From the IMG/VR virus record IMGVR_UViG_3300036770_001578, positions 1-56,826 of that record: 56,826 nucleotides of DNA. The stretch is one strand, 5' to 3'. Below the pieces are notes generated by a model. The model saw only the letters and a program-made list of their open reading frames with translations. It was not told the origin of the DNA and made no database searches. Each line of letters opens with the position of its first letter. Positions within the stretch are counted from its first letter, which is position 1. A program made the position numbers and the translations under genes. Shown one piece after another: positions 1-10,800 of the stretch. The stretch is from a virus (lineage: Duplodnaviria; Caudoviricetes).

Positions 1-2
1 TG

Positions 3-425
3 GAGTCTGGAAGTGGGTGGACACTTGCTTCTAATGCTGCAACTGCACAATACGCTGGGGTATACACAATTCGGTACAGTCTTCAGTTTATTAACACGGC
101 AAACGCCCAACATTACGTAACAGTTTGGCTCCAAAAAAACGGATCGGACGTAGCCAATTCAGCAACTATTTTTGCTGTCCCATCCCGTAAGAGTGCTACC
201 CCAGGCGAAGAAGGCTATTTAGCCGCTTATTCTGAAGCTACTTTTACTGTAGACGCTGGAGACGATATAGAACTTTATTGGGCTACTGATTTAGCCTATG
301 ACCCCGTAACGCCGCTTGATGGGGTTTATATGTTCCATGACGCTGCCCAAGCCTCCCCCTTCGTTAGACCTGCCATACCGTCAGCAATTGGTTCCATCAC
401 TTTCGTTTCAGCCCCTGTTGTTTAA
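3..425 (+). CDS. 3' end of tail-associated protein, C1q/TNF-like beta domain (partial)
   Basis: Hand translation, open from window edge: ...AGVYTIRYSLQFINT...VTVWLQKNGSDVANSA...GDDIELYWATD...RPAIPSAIGSITFVSAPVV*. Confidence 0.7.
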   Translation, partial: ESGSGWTLASNAATAQYAGVYTIRYSLQFINTANAQHYVTVWLQKNGSDVANSATIFAVPSRKSATPGEEGYLAAYSEATFTVDAGDDIELYWATDLAYDPVTPLDGVYMFHDAAQASPFVRPAIPSAIGSITFVSAPVV

Positions 426-450
426 ACGCATTAGGACATAAAATACTGCC

Positions 451-1974
451 ATGAACACACTACCCCAACTCTCTCAAGCGCTGGCCTCCCAGGGCCGGTA
501 TGGCGACTCCACTCTTGTGCATATGACCCCACAGGAAGTCTCTGGGTTACAGGCACTGGCTAGAAGTCATGGAACAAGCCTGACTATCAACCCGCAAACC
601 GGGCTACCTGAGGCTTTCAGTCTTAAAAGACTGCTCCCAACCATAATCGGTGCAGGCCTGACTATCGGTTCAGGGGGGACCCTCTCTCCTCTTATGGCTG
701 GCATGATGACTGGCGCTGGTTATGGTCTGGCTACAGGCGATATCAAACAAGGCCTTATGGCTGGTCTAGGGGCCTACGGTGGTGCTGGCCTAGGAGCAGG
801 GTTTAGTGCCGCTGGTGCTACTCCAATGGACCCAACAACTTTCTCAGGGATTAATCCATCTGTTCCTTATGACCCAGCAACCATGGGATTCGGGGCTGCG
901 CCACCTCCACCAACTATTGGTCAAAACTTTGCTCAGGCTGGCAGAGGATTTTCTAATGTGTTTAGTGGTGGCGATGTTGGTGCTCAAGCTAGGTCTGCCT
1001 TTATGGGATCTCCTGCGGTAGCAGCAGATGCTGCCAAAGGGATTTCTGCTTCTTCTGCTACAGGTGTTGGAGGTCTTACTGGCCTTGCAAAATATGGTGC
1101 CGCTACAGCCGCTCCTATGTTATTTGGCGGGGAAGAGGAAGAAGAAGACCTCAAGCGTCATGAGCACTACCTACGTCCCTATGATTTAGATATCACTAAC
1201 GTCTCTGGGACTTACGATCCCCTTGAGTCTTCGCGTGAGCGTGAACAGCTTAGTTATAACTTCCGCGCAAGAGAACCGATTCGCATTGCTCAGGGCGGTG
1301 CTATTCGTTATCAGGAAGGCGGAGATGTCACCCCAGCAGAAGCTGATGTTTATCGGAACATAGCCAATGTTCAGCAAATGGCTGGAATAAGACAAATGCC
1401 AATGGGTAACGTAATGGCAAGACCACAGTTTACGTCTTACATGGATTACAACCCTGCGACTATGAAGCCTTTCGAAGCACCACCAATGATGGGTTCTAAT
1501 GTTGGCAGCAGTTTTAGATCTCAGCAATATGATGTTCCGAGATTTAAACCTGAAGATTCAGTTTCTTTTCGTGATATCCAAGAGAAAAAAAGACTTGAGG
1601 AGCAAGGTACTTTAAATTCTGACCTTTCTAGTGGTTTTTATGGTGGCGGTTCAGTTAGATACCAAGAAGGCGGATTAGCAGCAATGATGCGTCCAGAGGA
1701 AGCAATGACTCCGCCGATGGACGGAAGGTTTCTTCGTGGCAATGGAGACGGAATGAGCGATGAGATTCCGGCTAGCATTGAAGGAGAACAAGACGCTCTT
1801 CTCTCGGACGGTGAGTTTGTAATCCCTGCTGATGTTGTTTCTCATATTGGTAACGGTTCTTCAGAGGCTGGTGCAAAGATCCTTTACCAGATGATGGATC
1901 GGGTTCGTAAAGCAAGAACAGGTAAAGAAGAGCAAGCAGAAGAGATCGATGTGGAAGAGTTTCTACCGGTATGA
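451..1974 (+). CDS. internal virion / ejection-type protein
   Basis: 507 aa; N-terminal GRYGDSTLVHM...INPQTGLPEAF, Gly/Ala-rich middle, C-terminal GDGMSDEIPA...LSDGEFVIPADVV; repeated YQEGG motifs; lies after tail genes. Confidence 0.6.
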   Translation: MNTLPQLSQALASQGRYGDSTLVHMTPQEVSGLQALARSHGTSLTINPQTGLPEAFSLKRLLPTIIGAGLTIGSGGTLSPLMAGMMTGAGYGLATGDIKQGLMAGLGAYGGAGLGAGFSAAGATPMDPTTFSGINPSVPYDPATMGFGAAPPPPTIGQNFAQAGRGFSNVFSGGDVGAQARSAFMGSPAVAADAAKGISASSATGVGGLTGLAKYGAATAAPMLFGGEEEEEDLKRHEHYLRPYDLDITNVSGTYDPLESSREREQLSYNFRAREPIRIAQGGAIRYQEGGDVTPAEADVYRNIANVQQMAGIRQMPMGNVMARPQFTSYMDYNPATMKPFEAPPMMGSNVGSSFRSQQYDVPRFKPEDSVSFRDIQEKKRLEEQGTLNSDLSSGFYGGGSVRYQEGGLAAMMRPEEAMTPPMDGRFLRGNGDGMSDEIPASIEGEQDALLSDGEFVIPADVVSHIGNGSSEAGAKILYQMMDRVRKARTGKEEQAEEIDVEEFLPV

Positions 1975-2420
1975 TGTTTGTTTACGAAGATGTCAATGGA
2001 TTGGAATTTCTGGATGAACTAGAGAGCATCTTTCCTGAGCATTATGAAGAGCTATGTGTTACCAAAGATTTTCCACTTGAGCCTGACTACGAGGCATACA
2101 GAAACTTAGGTCGGGCAGGTATGTTGAGATGTATAACCTGTAGAGCAGACGGTATTTTGGTTGGGTACATTGTTTTTATAGTGCAGCCTCATCTGCATTA
2201 CAGGTCTTGCAAGACTGCTTTCGAAGACATTTATTACGTGAAGAAAGAGTTTCGCAAGGGTCGTATAGGGATCAAGCTGTTTCAGTACGCAGAAAAGGTT
2301 TTAAAAGAGTTCGGTATCAATCGAATCATCATGCACACGAAGATTCACCTGGATAACTCCAAACTCTTTGAGTATTTAGGCTATAAGCACACAGACAAGC
2401 TTTATACAAAGCTTCTGTAA
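1971..2420 (+). CDS. GNAT-family acetyltransferase
   Basis: Motif A YYVKKEFRKGRIGIKL and C-terminal LFEYLGY. Confidence 0.85.
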   Translation: MMFVYEDVNGLEFLDELESIFPEHYEELCVTKDFPLEPDYEAYRNLGRAGMLRCITCRADGILVGYIVFIVQPHLHYRSCKTAFEDIYYVKKEFRKGRIGIKLFQYAEKVLKEFGINRIIMHTKIHLDNSKLFEYLGYKHTDKLYTKLL

Positions 2421-2432
2421 CGGAGATTCGAT

Positions 2433-3404
2433 ATGAGATACAACCACTTTTCAATGCTACCCGAAGAGGCGTTTAAACCTCGTAACGGTAGGTATGGCAT
2501 GACCTTGGAGGGTGGGTCCTCTTCACCCCCTCCACCTACCCAGACCTCTCAGATAAGCATTCCTGAGTATGCACAGCCTTACATGGAGCGTCTGCTCGGT
2601 AAGGCAGAGGCTGCGACTGAAGCCCCTCGTCAAATTTATGGTGGGGAAAGGTTTGCTGGTGCTACCCCTCAACAAGCTCAAGCAAGATTCGAAGCCTCTC
2701 AGATGCAAACCCCAGGTCAATTTGGGGTTGGAACGGGGATGGTTGGTGCAGGTGGACTAAGGAGTCTTGCGTCTGGGCAAGAATACATGGGGATGGCAAC
2801 AGACCCTTCTGCTACAGCGGCATTTATGTCTCCTTACATGCAAAATGTCGTTGACATACAAAAGCAAGCTGCGATTCGTGACGCACAAAAGACACAACTA
2901 GGTGCAAATTTAGGTGCAGTCCGTCAGGGTACTTATGGTGGTGCTAGGCAGTTGCTGGCTCAGACCGAACGTGAGCGAGCTTTAGGTGAACAGTTGGGTG
3001 ATATTCAAGCTCGTGGATTGCAGTCGGCGTTTGATCAGGCCAGACAGGCACAGCAGTTTGGTGCTGAACTTGGATTAAAAGGCACCGGGCAAGCAATAGA
3101 GGCTGGCAGAGGATTAGCTCAGATCGGTCAGGCAGAACAGGCGGCTGAACTTGAGAGACTAAAGGCACAGGAAGCTTTTGGAAGTCTGACTCAGGCAGAC
3201 CGTCAAAAAATGCTAGACCTTCAGTACCAGGACTTCATGGCGCAACAGCAGTTCCCATTTACTCAGTTGAGTTACATGGGTGACATTCTTCGTGGCATTC
3301 CCGGAAGATCTGTCTACGAGTATCAGCAACAGCCTAGTGGGTTGCAGCAGATGGTAGGTCCTGGACTGTTAGGTCTCGGGATGTACAGGGAGTTTATGCG
3401 ATGA
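2433..3404 (+). CDS. DNA ejection / pilot-type virion protein
   Basis: Gln/Ala/Gly-rich helical protein with MSPYMQNVVD and GTYGGARQ segments; N-terminal leader ending TLEGG; in ejection cluster. Confidence 0.65.
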   Translation: MRYNHFSMLPEEAFKPRNGRYGMTLEGGSSSPPPPTQTSQISIPEYAQPYMERLLGKAEAATEAPRQIYGGERFAGATPQQAQARFEASQMQTPGQFGVGTGMVGAGGLRSLASGQEYMGMATDPSATAAFMSPYMQNVVDIQKQAAIRDAQKTQLGANLGAVRQGTYGGARQLLAQTERERALGEQLGDIQARGLQSAFDQARQAQQFGAELGLKGTGQAIEAGRGLAQIGQAEQAAELERLKAQEAFGSLTQADRQKMLDLQYQDFMAQQQFPFTQLSYMGDILRGIPGRSVYEYQQQPSGLQQMVGPGLLGLGMYREFMR

Positions 3405-4870
3405 ATATCATTCAACTTTCGGAGCAACTGAAGGATGTCCCGGATAACTTTCTCCTTACAGAGGTTCAAAACCCAACGGGTTCGTACCCAGCGTATTTGG
3501 TTGTATCAGAACTCACACGCCGCAAGAGAATGCGGGAAGGTGCTGTTAAAGAGGCTCCACAAACCACGGTCGTAGAGGATCTGACAACACCTCAGCAGCC
3601 TATGCAGCAGCCTATGCAGCCTGCTGGCCTAGGGGCGCTTGCACAGCCCGGAGAGATGGCTGCTCAAGATGTTGGAGTGATGGAAGCTCCAGATCCCATG
3701 GGGCTTGGTATGCCTATGGATATGCCTATGGAACAGCCTCAGATGATGGCTGGAGGCGGTCTTGTGGCTTTCCGTGACGGAGGTGATGTTATTCGTGCTC
3801 AGTCTGGAATGTTTGTGGACCCAACCCAGGACGCGACCACATTTGAAGAAGAATTTGAACGTTACCGTCCAACAGGTCTTTCCCGGTTGATTGGTGGGCC
3901 TCAAGGTATCGGTGCTAGCAATGTTCGTTATCAACTCGGTCAGCTTGGCTACTCCAGAGCAGAGATTGACCAGATGGACCCAGGGATGCAGAGAATGATT
4001 GTTGCTAGGGCACAGATCCCTGAGGATTCCCCTGCTGCCCCTGCCCCTGTCGTTGCTGCTGCTCCTCCTGCTGCCGCTCCTTCAATTGATGAGACCCTAT
4101 TGCAAGAAAGAACTACCCCCCGTGGTTCTGGTTCCGACTCCAGGATCATGCAAATGATCTCTGGTGGTTCTGCTCCGATTGCATCATCTGATCGCGCTGC
4201 TGGCATAAAGGAGTTAGGCGAAATGCTTCCCGACACTGCTACTCCATTGATGCAGAAGATTATTGATGAGCAACGGGCAGGGATGGCAGGAAGAAGGGAA
4301 TCAAACCTCAATATGGCCCTTATACAGGCCGGTTTGGGGATGATGGCATCTCCTGCTACCAGCGGTATTCAAGGGGTCGCAGAAGGCGGTTTAAGCGGTC
4401 TGAAGGCCTATAGAGAGGGTATGTCAGAGATTCAGAAGAGTGAACAACTGATGCAAGCCTCTCAGCTTGAGCTAGCAAAAGCACAAGACGCTAGGTCTCG
4501 TGGTCTGTTTGACCTTCAGCTTAAGATGGAACAGAACGCTGCTCAACTAGCGCATCAGGCTAGGGTAGCTGAACTTCAGGGCGCTCAGATCCTTGCTACC
4601 CTGGAAGCTGCAAGGATTCGTAGCACCAGAAGTCTTGGGGATGTAACTCCAAGCCCTTCCGAGATGAAAGCAGCGGAAGATCTTGCTGATAAGCGAATTA
4701 TGGAATTGGTAACCCAAGGGAAAATTAAACCAGCTTCTCCTGATGCTGCTGCTATGAAACAGCAATTGGTACAGCAATACCTAATTCAATCAGGTAAGGT
4801 TTACATGCCTATGTCTACCAGCGCAGGACCACAACAATTTAATTTTGCTGATTTAATGGCACAACCGTAA
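3401..4870 (+). CDS. internal virion / ejection protein
   Basis: 489 aa; MAGGGLVAFRDGG motifs, helical C-terminus, ATGA-coupled to upstream gene. Confidence 0.6.
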   Translation: MNIIQLSEQLKDVPDNFLLTEVQNPTGSYPAYLVVSELTRRKRMREGAVKEAPQTTVVEDLTTPQQPMQQPMQPAGLGALAQPGEMAAQDVGVMEAPDPMGLGMPMDMPMEQPQMMAGGGLVAFRDGGDVIRAQSGMFVDPTQDATTFEEEFERYRPTGLSRLIGGPQGIGASNVRYQLGQLGYSRAEIDQMDPGMQRMIVARAQIPEDSPAAPAPVVAAAPPAAAPSIDETLLQERTTPRGSGSDSRIMQMISGGSAPIASSDRAAGIKELGEMLPDTATPLMQKIIDEQRAGMAGRRESNLNMALIQAGLGMMASPATSGIQGVAEGGLSGLKAYREGMSEIQKSEQLMQASQLELAKAQDARSRGLFDLQLKMEQNAAQLAHQARVAELQGAQILATLEAARIRSTRSLGDVTPSPSEMKAAEDLADKRIMELVTQGKIKPASPDAAAMKQQLVQQYLIQSGKVYMPMSTSAGPQQFNFADLMAQP

Positions 4871-4881
4871 TAGGACAATAA

Positions 4882-7800
4882 ATGGCCTATAGTCTTACCC
4901 TGCCCAACGGGGCTGTTATCAACAATATTCCCGATAACATTTCCCGTAATCAGGCTATGGACATGCTGAAGGAGAAGATGCCTGATGCTTTTCCACAACC
5001 GCCTGGAGTGCTATCTCAACTTGTAAGGTCTCCAATAGAGATTGGAAAAGGTTTTATTAGAGGGCTAACAACAGACCCATTGTCTGGTATTAGTTCTTTG
5101 GCCTACACCGGCGCTAGGGCTGCAGGGGCTGAACTGACGCCATTTGAACAAACAGCTTTTGGTCGTGGTCTAGGAGAAGCACAGACAGCGCTTGCTCCTA
5201 GCGACACCGGAATGATTACCCAACTCGCTGGTGGCTTAGGTTCCTTGGCTTCCTTTATCCCCGGCGGTCTTCTCAAGGGTGGTATCAGACTAGCCACTCT
5301 GGGAACTCAGGCCGCTGGTCTTGGTTCTGAAGAAGCTAGGGCACGTGCAGAACAGGCAAGACTAGAAGGTAAAGAGGTAACACCAGAGCAACAGTTTATT
5401 TCTCAAGTAGGTGGCACTGGCATAGGTCTTACTGAGCTAGCACCAGTCGCTAATTTGATTAGGCCTATTGAAGCTGTTCTTCGGGGAGTCAAGAGAAGCG
5501 ATGCAGATGCAATTGCACCTGGGCTCTTTAACAGCGCTAGAAGAATTCTGGAGACCGGTGGCATTGAAGCGTTCCAAGAAGGAATGGCTAACATCATGCA
5601 GGATCTGGTCCAAAAGGGTGTCTATGATCCCAACCTTGAGGTTGGTGAATCCGCTCTTGGTGATGCTGCTATGGGTGGTGCTGTCGGTTCTTTTGCACAG
5701 GGTGCCATTGAACTGGTAACTCGTGGGAAACGCCGTGATATCTATGAGCGTTTAAAGGCACAGGAACGTGAACAAGAACTCCAAGACAGACTTGCAAGGC
5801 TCCAGTCAGAAGAGCAAGAGCAAATCGCCAGAACGAAGGCAAACCTCGGGGTACCCGAAGAGACTCTACTGGCTCTTCCCGCCCCAGCCGCTCCGGTCAT
5901 TGATGCGCCAACGCAAGACCCGCTGGCAAACCCGCTCGGTAACTTCAGTATCGATGAACTCACCACAGGAATAAGCGACTTCATCAATGCCAAGAGAAAG
6001 AGGGATGGGCAGTCTATTCTTGACTCCTTCTCCATCGAGGACATTGCTGACGCAGGTGCCCCCCAGGCTGAGATCGATCGAATCATTGCCGGAAAGCTGT
6101 CCCAGCAGGGGGTCAATGTTGAGGAAGGGTTAGCTCAAAACCCTTCAGAGCAGGATGTCAGAAACCTTGCTGAATCCAAGGGAATCTCTACCGATACCCC
6201 TGGGTATAGGCACTTCCTCAGCAGAACCACAGGTGTCGAAGACTACGGCTCTATGAGCCCGATGCAGCGTCTGGCTGCGTTTACTTCTTTGCAAAATGTC
6301 GAGGAGGGCGGAATCCTCCCGCTGGGAACCAACGCAAAGCGGTTCACAGAGCAACAGTACGACAAGGTCAAAACAAGCATTCCTGACCTCTTTAAGGACT
6401 CAGATACCCTGAGTCCAACTAGTGTCGTTGAGAAAGTCAAGAAGATGACTGGCTTGAAGAGCGACCGTGACGCTCGTTCTCTTCTCGACACTGCCATCCG
6501 TAACGGGGAACTTTCGACTGCCGCTACCCCTGTCTATGAGGTCATCAAGGACGGCGTCATTCTCCGGAAGTACAACACCAGGAAAGCGGCGGCAGAGGCT
6601 GCTGATCGTTTAAACGCAACAATCAGAAACTCCACGGTCACAGAGTTCGCTCTTCCCGGAACCCTGAAGGAACTCCCAGGTGGGCCAGATATCCGGGCAG
6701 GAAGGTTTGAGGCGGGGGTAGAACCTGCCGGGTTTGATATTAAAGATGCTACCGGCAAGACCCTAGGTGGTGCTGCTACCCAAGCAGAGGCAGAGGCCAA
6801 AGCTACCCGGTTTGCTGCAACGCGACAAGGTGAGGCTAACCGTCTTCAGGAAGAGATCCAGAAGATCAAGGAGGGTGTTGCTGGAACCCAGCAGAGATTG
6901 GAGGCCATGGAGGCTACCGGTCAGGCTGGCACTGTCGGGTTTACCAAACTCCAGGCCGATGCGTTTGCTCAGGCTAAGGAAGCACAGCGGAAGATTGAGG
7001 AGCTATCAGCACAGCAGGCAGCACTTGCAGAGCCTCTCTCTATCAATTCAAAGGGCACTAGACCCGTCAGCAGGGAAGGCTACACCTTCTTTCAGGACGG
7101 ACAACCCAGGGGTACCTTCCCGACCAAAGAGGCCGCTGAAGAGGCTGCAATCCAGTCCTATGACGACTCTTTCCTAGAGAGGATCGCTAACAGTGGAGAC
7201 CAGCAGCGTGGACTGATGCCTAAGCGTCTGGCTGCTATGGCTAGAAATGAACTAGCCAGAAGGCGTGGAGAGCTACCTCAAGGGTTTGGGATTCAGTACA
7301 CAGGAACCCCGGAGGAGGCTGAAGCGAAGCTTTCTCAGGCTGGAGTCTTCACCGCCAAAACCCAGGAACAGATCCGAGAGCTTGAGAAGAAGCTTCTACC
7401 GGCTATGAAGAAGCTTGGGCTGGAGAATGTTGGTCTGAGGATCATCAAGGCCATAGAGAGCGGTCAGGGGTCTGCTGATGGCTTCTATGCCTCCAGACTC
7501 ATCACGATCGCCCTGGATGCTGTTGACCCAATGGGAACCCTGCGGCATGAGTCTATCCATGCCCTGAAAAACCTTGGTGCCTTTAAACCCAATGAGTGGA
7601 AAGTCCTGGAGAAGAAGGCCAAAGAGGAGTGGATCGACAGGTTCCTAAAGGACAGGTTTACTGCCCAAGGTGTTTCTCTCTTTGATGCCTATAAGGCTAT
7701 CTATGAGCAGGATAATGGGTCTCTTGCCGGGTTTGATGAATACATCACCGAAGAGGCTATTGCTGACGCTTTTAAGTACTTCAACCAGACCAAACCCCCT

Positions 7801-10800
7801 GCAGGCTTGATTGCTAACCTGATGTACCGTTTAAAACGGTTCTTCAGTGCCCTTGAGAATGCGTTTAAAGGCCTAGGGTTCCAGACCGCTGAGGATGTGT
7901 TTACACGCACCGAAGAAGGTAGATTGCAGGCTATCAGTCCTGCTACCCAATCTGGGGCTGGTAAGTTCGGCTTAAGAGCAGACCAGTCAGCCACCATGGA
8001 ATCTACTGGGGATAAAACTCCACTGAGCATAGATGGCATCAGGATCTATGAACGGGAGCTTCAAGGGCTTATTAAAAAGGTCGGTGACAGGATCGCTGGC
8101 ATGGACTCCACCAAGACCCTGGAGGATGTCCGTAAGGCCGTTAAGAAGCTTCAGAGCTATACCAAGCAGGGATTAGAAGGCAAGGAATGGTACGAGCGTT
8201 CTGCTCAGGCAGTCCTGGAGGCTTTCAATGGTGATCCAATTCTGGCAGAGAAGTTCTTCCAAGTAATTGCTATCACTTCCGCTAACACTGAGGTAGCAGC
8301 AAACTTCACCAAGGCTTCTAATGCATGGGAGCAATTTGCTACCGGTCGTCCCATCAAGGCTGGAACTAAACGGGAAAACGATGCAATTGATGACCTTCTG
8401 AACTTCGGTTTGGATTGGGACGGAAGAAAAACCAACACCTTCTATATCAACCTCATGGAAGCCATGGAGGGAACTGATACCGGAAGGTCTACGATTGATC
8501 TGCACATGTCTCGTATGCTGTTCGATCGGGACAGCCCAACTGATGCTCAATATCAGCTTGGTGAGAACATGGTTCGACTGCTTGCATCTAAGATAGGGAT
8601 ACCCGCTAGACAGGTGCAGGCCGCTTCTTGGGTTACCCAAAAAGCCAAGAAGATGTTTGATGATTACAGAGAGCGCGGCTTGAAGCGGAACATGTCCGAT
8701 GAAGAGCTACGCAATCATGCCTTCCAAAGAGCCCTTATGGACTATGCCCACTTGAGCAAGTCCAAGGGGTTCAGTCCCACCGTTACCCCAGAGCTTTTAG
8801 AACCCTCTGCGTCTAAACGGGCCAGAACTCAAGTTGTTACCGGGGAAGTTATTCCAACCACCAAAGGCTTTATGTCCCAGGTGGCAGAGCTTCCCATGAA
8901 TATCAAGGAGAAACTTACCAAGAACATCATGAATGAGTCTTTCATTCAGGACATTGGTAAGGCCCTGGGATTGACCAGCAAGATCCGAGTTGCCCAGGGA
9001 ACCGGTGGATATGACGGCGGTATCTCTCCGAATCTGATTGTCAGGCTTATCAATCCCGATCCTGCGGTAGCAGTTCAGGAAGCCAGAGACCTGTCGGATG
9101 CTATGAGCTATGTCTTCCAACAAGACGCAACTCCATTCTTCCGGGCAGATCCGGCATTGTTAGGTCAGGGACAGTTAGGCTATCGCTTCCGCTTTGGAAG
9201 GGCTGAACTGACGCCAACCCAGGAGCGTAAGATCTTTGCTGCTATGCGGGAAGAAGTAGGGAACGATGTTGGTTATTCCAAGACTAAGGATAACGACATT
9301 GTGGTTATCAATTACAGGGGTGAGGATGGCAATCCTTTCCTGACGGATGACAACAGTTTTGCTGACGCAATGAACAGGTTCCGCGAGAAGGCGGATCAGA
9401 TTGTTCCTATCGAAGATGCCAGTGTTTTTGGCGCTGAATCGGAGTACAGATACAATGAATGGAATGAACCCACTACTGGACAAAGTATTATCGATGGGCT
9501 TCAGGGCCGCAGACCAGAACGACCCAATCTATCAGGACAACTTACAGGTCTTCGTGACGCCTTCGTCAAGCAGGCTAGGTCTGCCGTCCGAGAATCCGGA
9601 GGGACTCCCAGATTCCAGCTTCGATCTTCAGAATTTGTCGGTGGACCCGGTCCAGATGGTGGCCTCGTTCTCGGAACAAAACAGCCTGGAGCAAAATCCT
9701 TCACAGGAATCCACTACGGAAAACAACAGGTAAACACCCTTGCTGGTTCCAGGTACGGGACTGGCATCAAAGGGCAGGAAGCAGCCCGTCTAGCAGAGTC
9801 TAAAGACCCTCGCATCAAGAAGCGGGTCTACTTCTACATCCCATTCCCGCAAGGCATGATGCCCCCGGTAGAAGCCGGGTTAGGGAATTATGTTTATCGT
9901 CAGAGGTTTGGAAATATCCTACCCCCAGGCGATGAGATGACGAGGCTGTATAACGCCTCTGAGGGCGACTACAACCGGTTTGAATCCAGCGTTATCGATG
10001 CCGGGTACGATGGCTATGCAGTCCCCAACATGGGGATGATGGTCATCATGAACCATGATGTCCCTGTTGATTACCTAGGTACTCGTCAAGAACTCAAAGG
10101 TACCGTTAACCTTCTTGGTAACCAGTACTCCCTAAGGGCTGTAAACACACCAGAGTTTAAACAGTGGTTCGGTAGCAGCACCATCACCAATCCTGATGGT
10201 TCACCCAAGGTCATGTATCACGGCACTGCCAGGGATATTGAAACCTTCAAACCTAAGCAGGCTAATGCAATCTTTGTAACTAACACTCCAAAGTTTGCCG
10301 GATTTTTTACGGATAATTCCGAAATCTTTATGGCAAAAGAACTTTACGCTTCGTTAAGCGATAAAGAAAAAGATTCAATTACTAGCAAAGCAAAAAAAAT
10401 TGCAAAAAAAGAAGGGACTAACATTGACGATGAGTTAATGAGTCTTTTAAGGGATCAGTTGCCTACTCGTGCAAACATCATGCCTTTGTATGTCCGGGCA
10501 GAGAAACCTTTTGATTACGAAAATCCGGATCATGTTTCTACAGTTCAAAATGCATTTAAGACTAGCACTTTTTATACTAACCTCACGAAAAACCAACGAC
10601 CATTTTATGACCGTATTTATGACCGATTAGAAGATGGTGATTGGTCGGATATAGAAAACTCATCGGTTCAAAAAATTATTCGTGATCTTGGGTTTGACTC
10701 TTTCTATGTCAGAGAGGGTTACCAAAAAAACCTTGCTGTCTACGATCCAAATCAAATCAAGTCTGCTGTTGGTAACTTCGGAGCCTTCTCTCGTACCAAT

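Noticed and set aside
3593-3733. 12-bp tandem repeats (QQPM, MPMD)
   Set aside because: Ordinary in-frame slippage in a low-complexity linker
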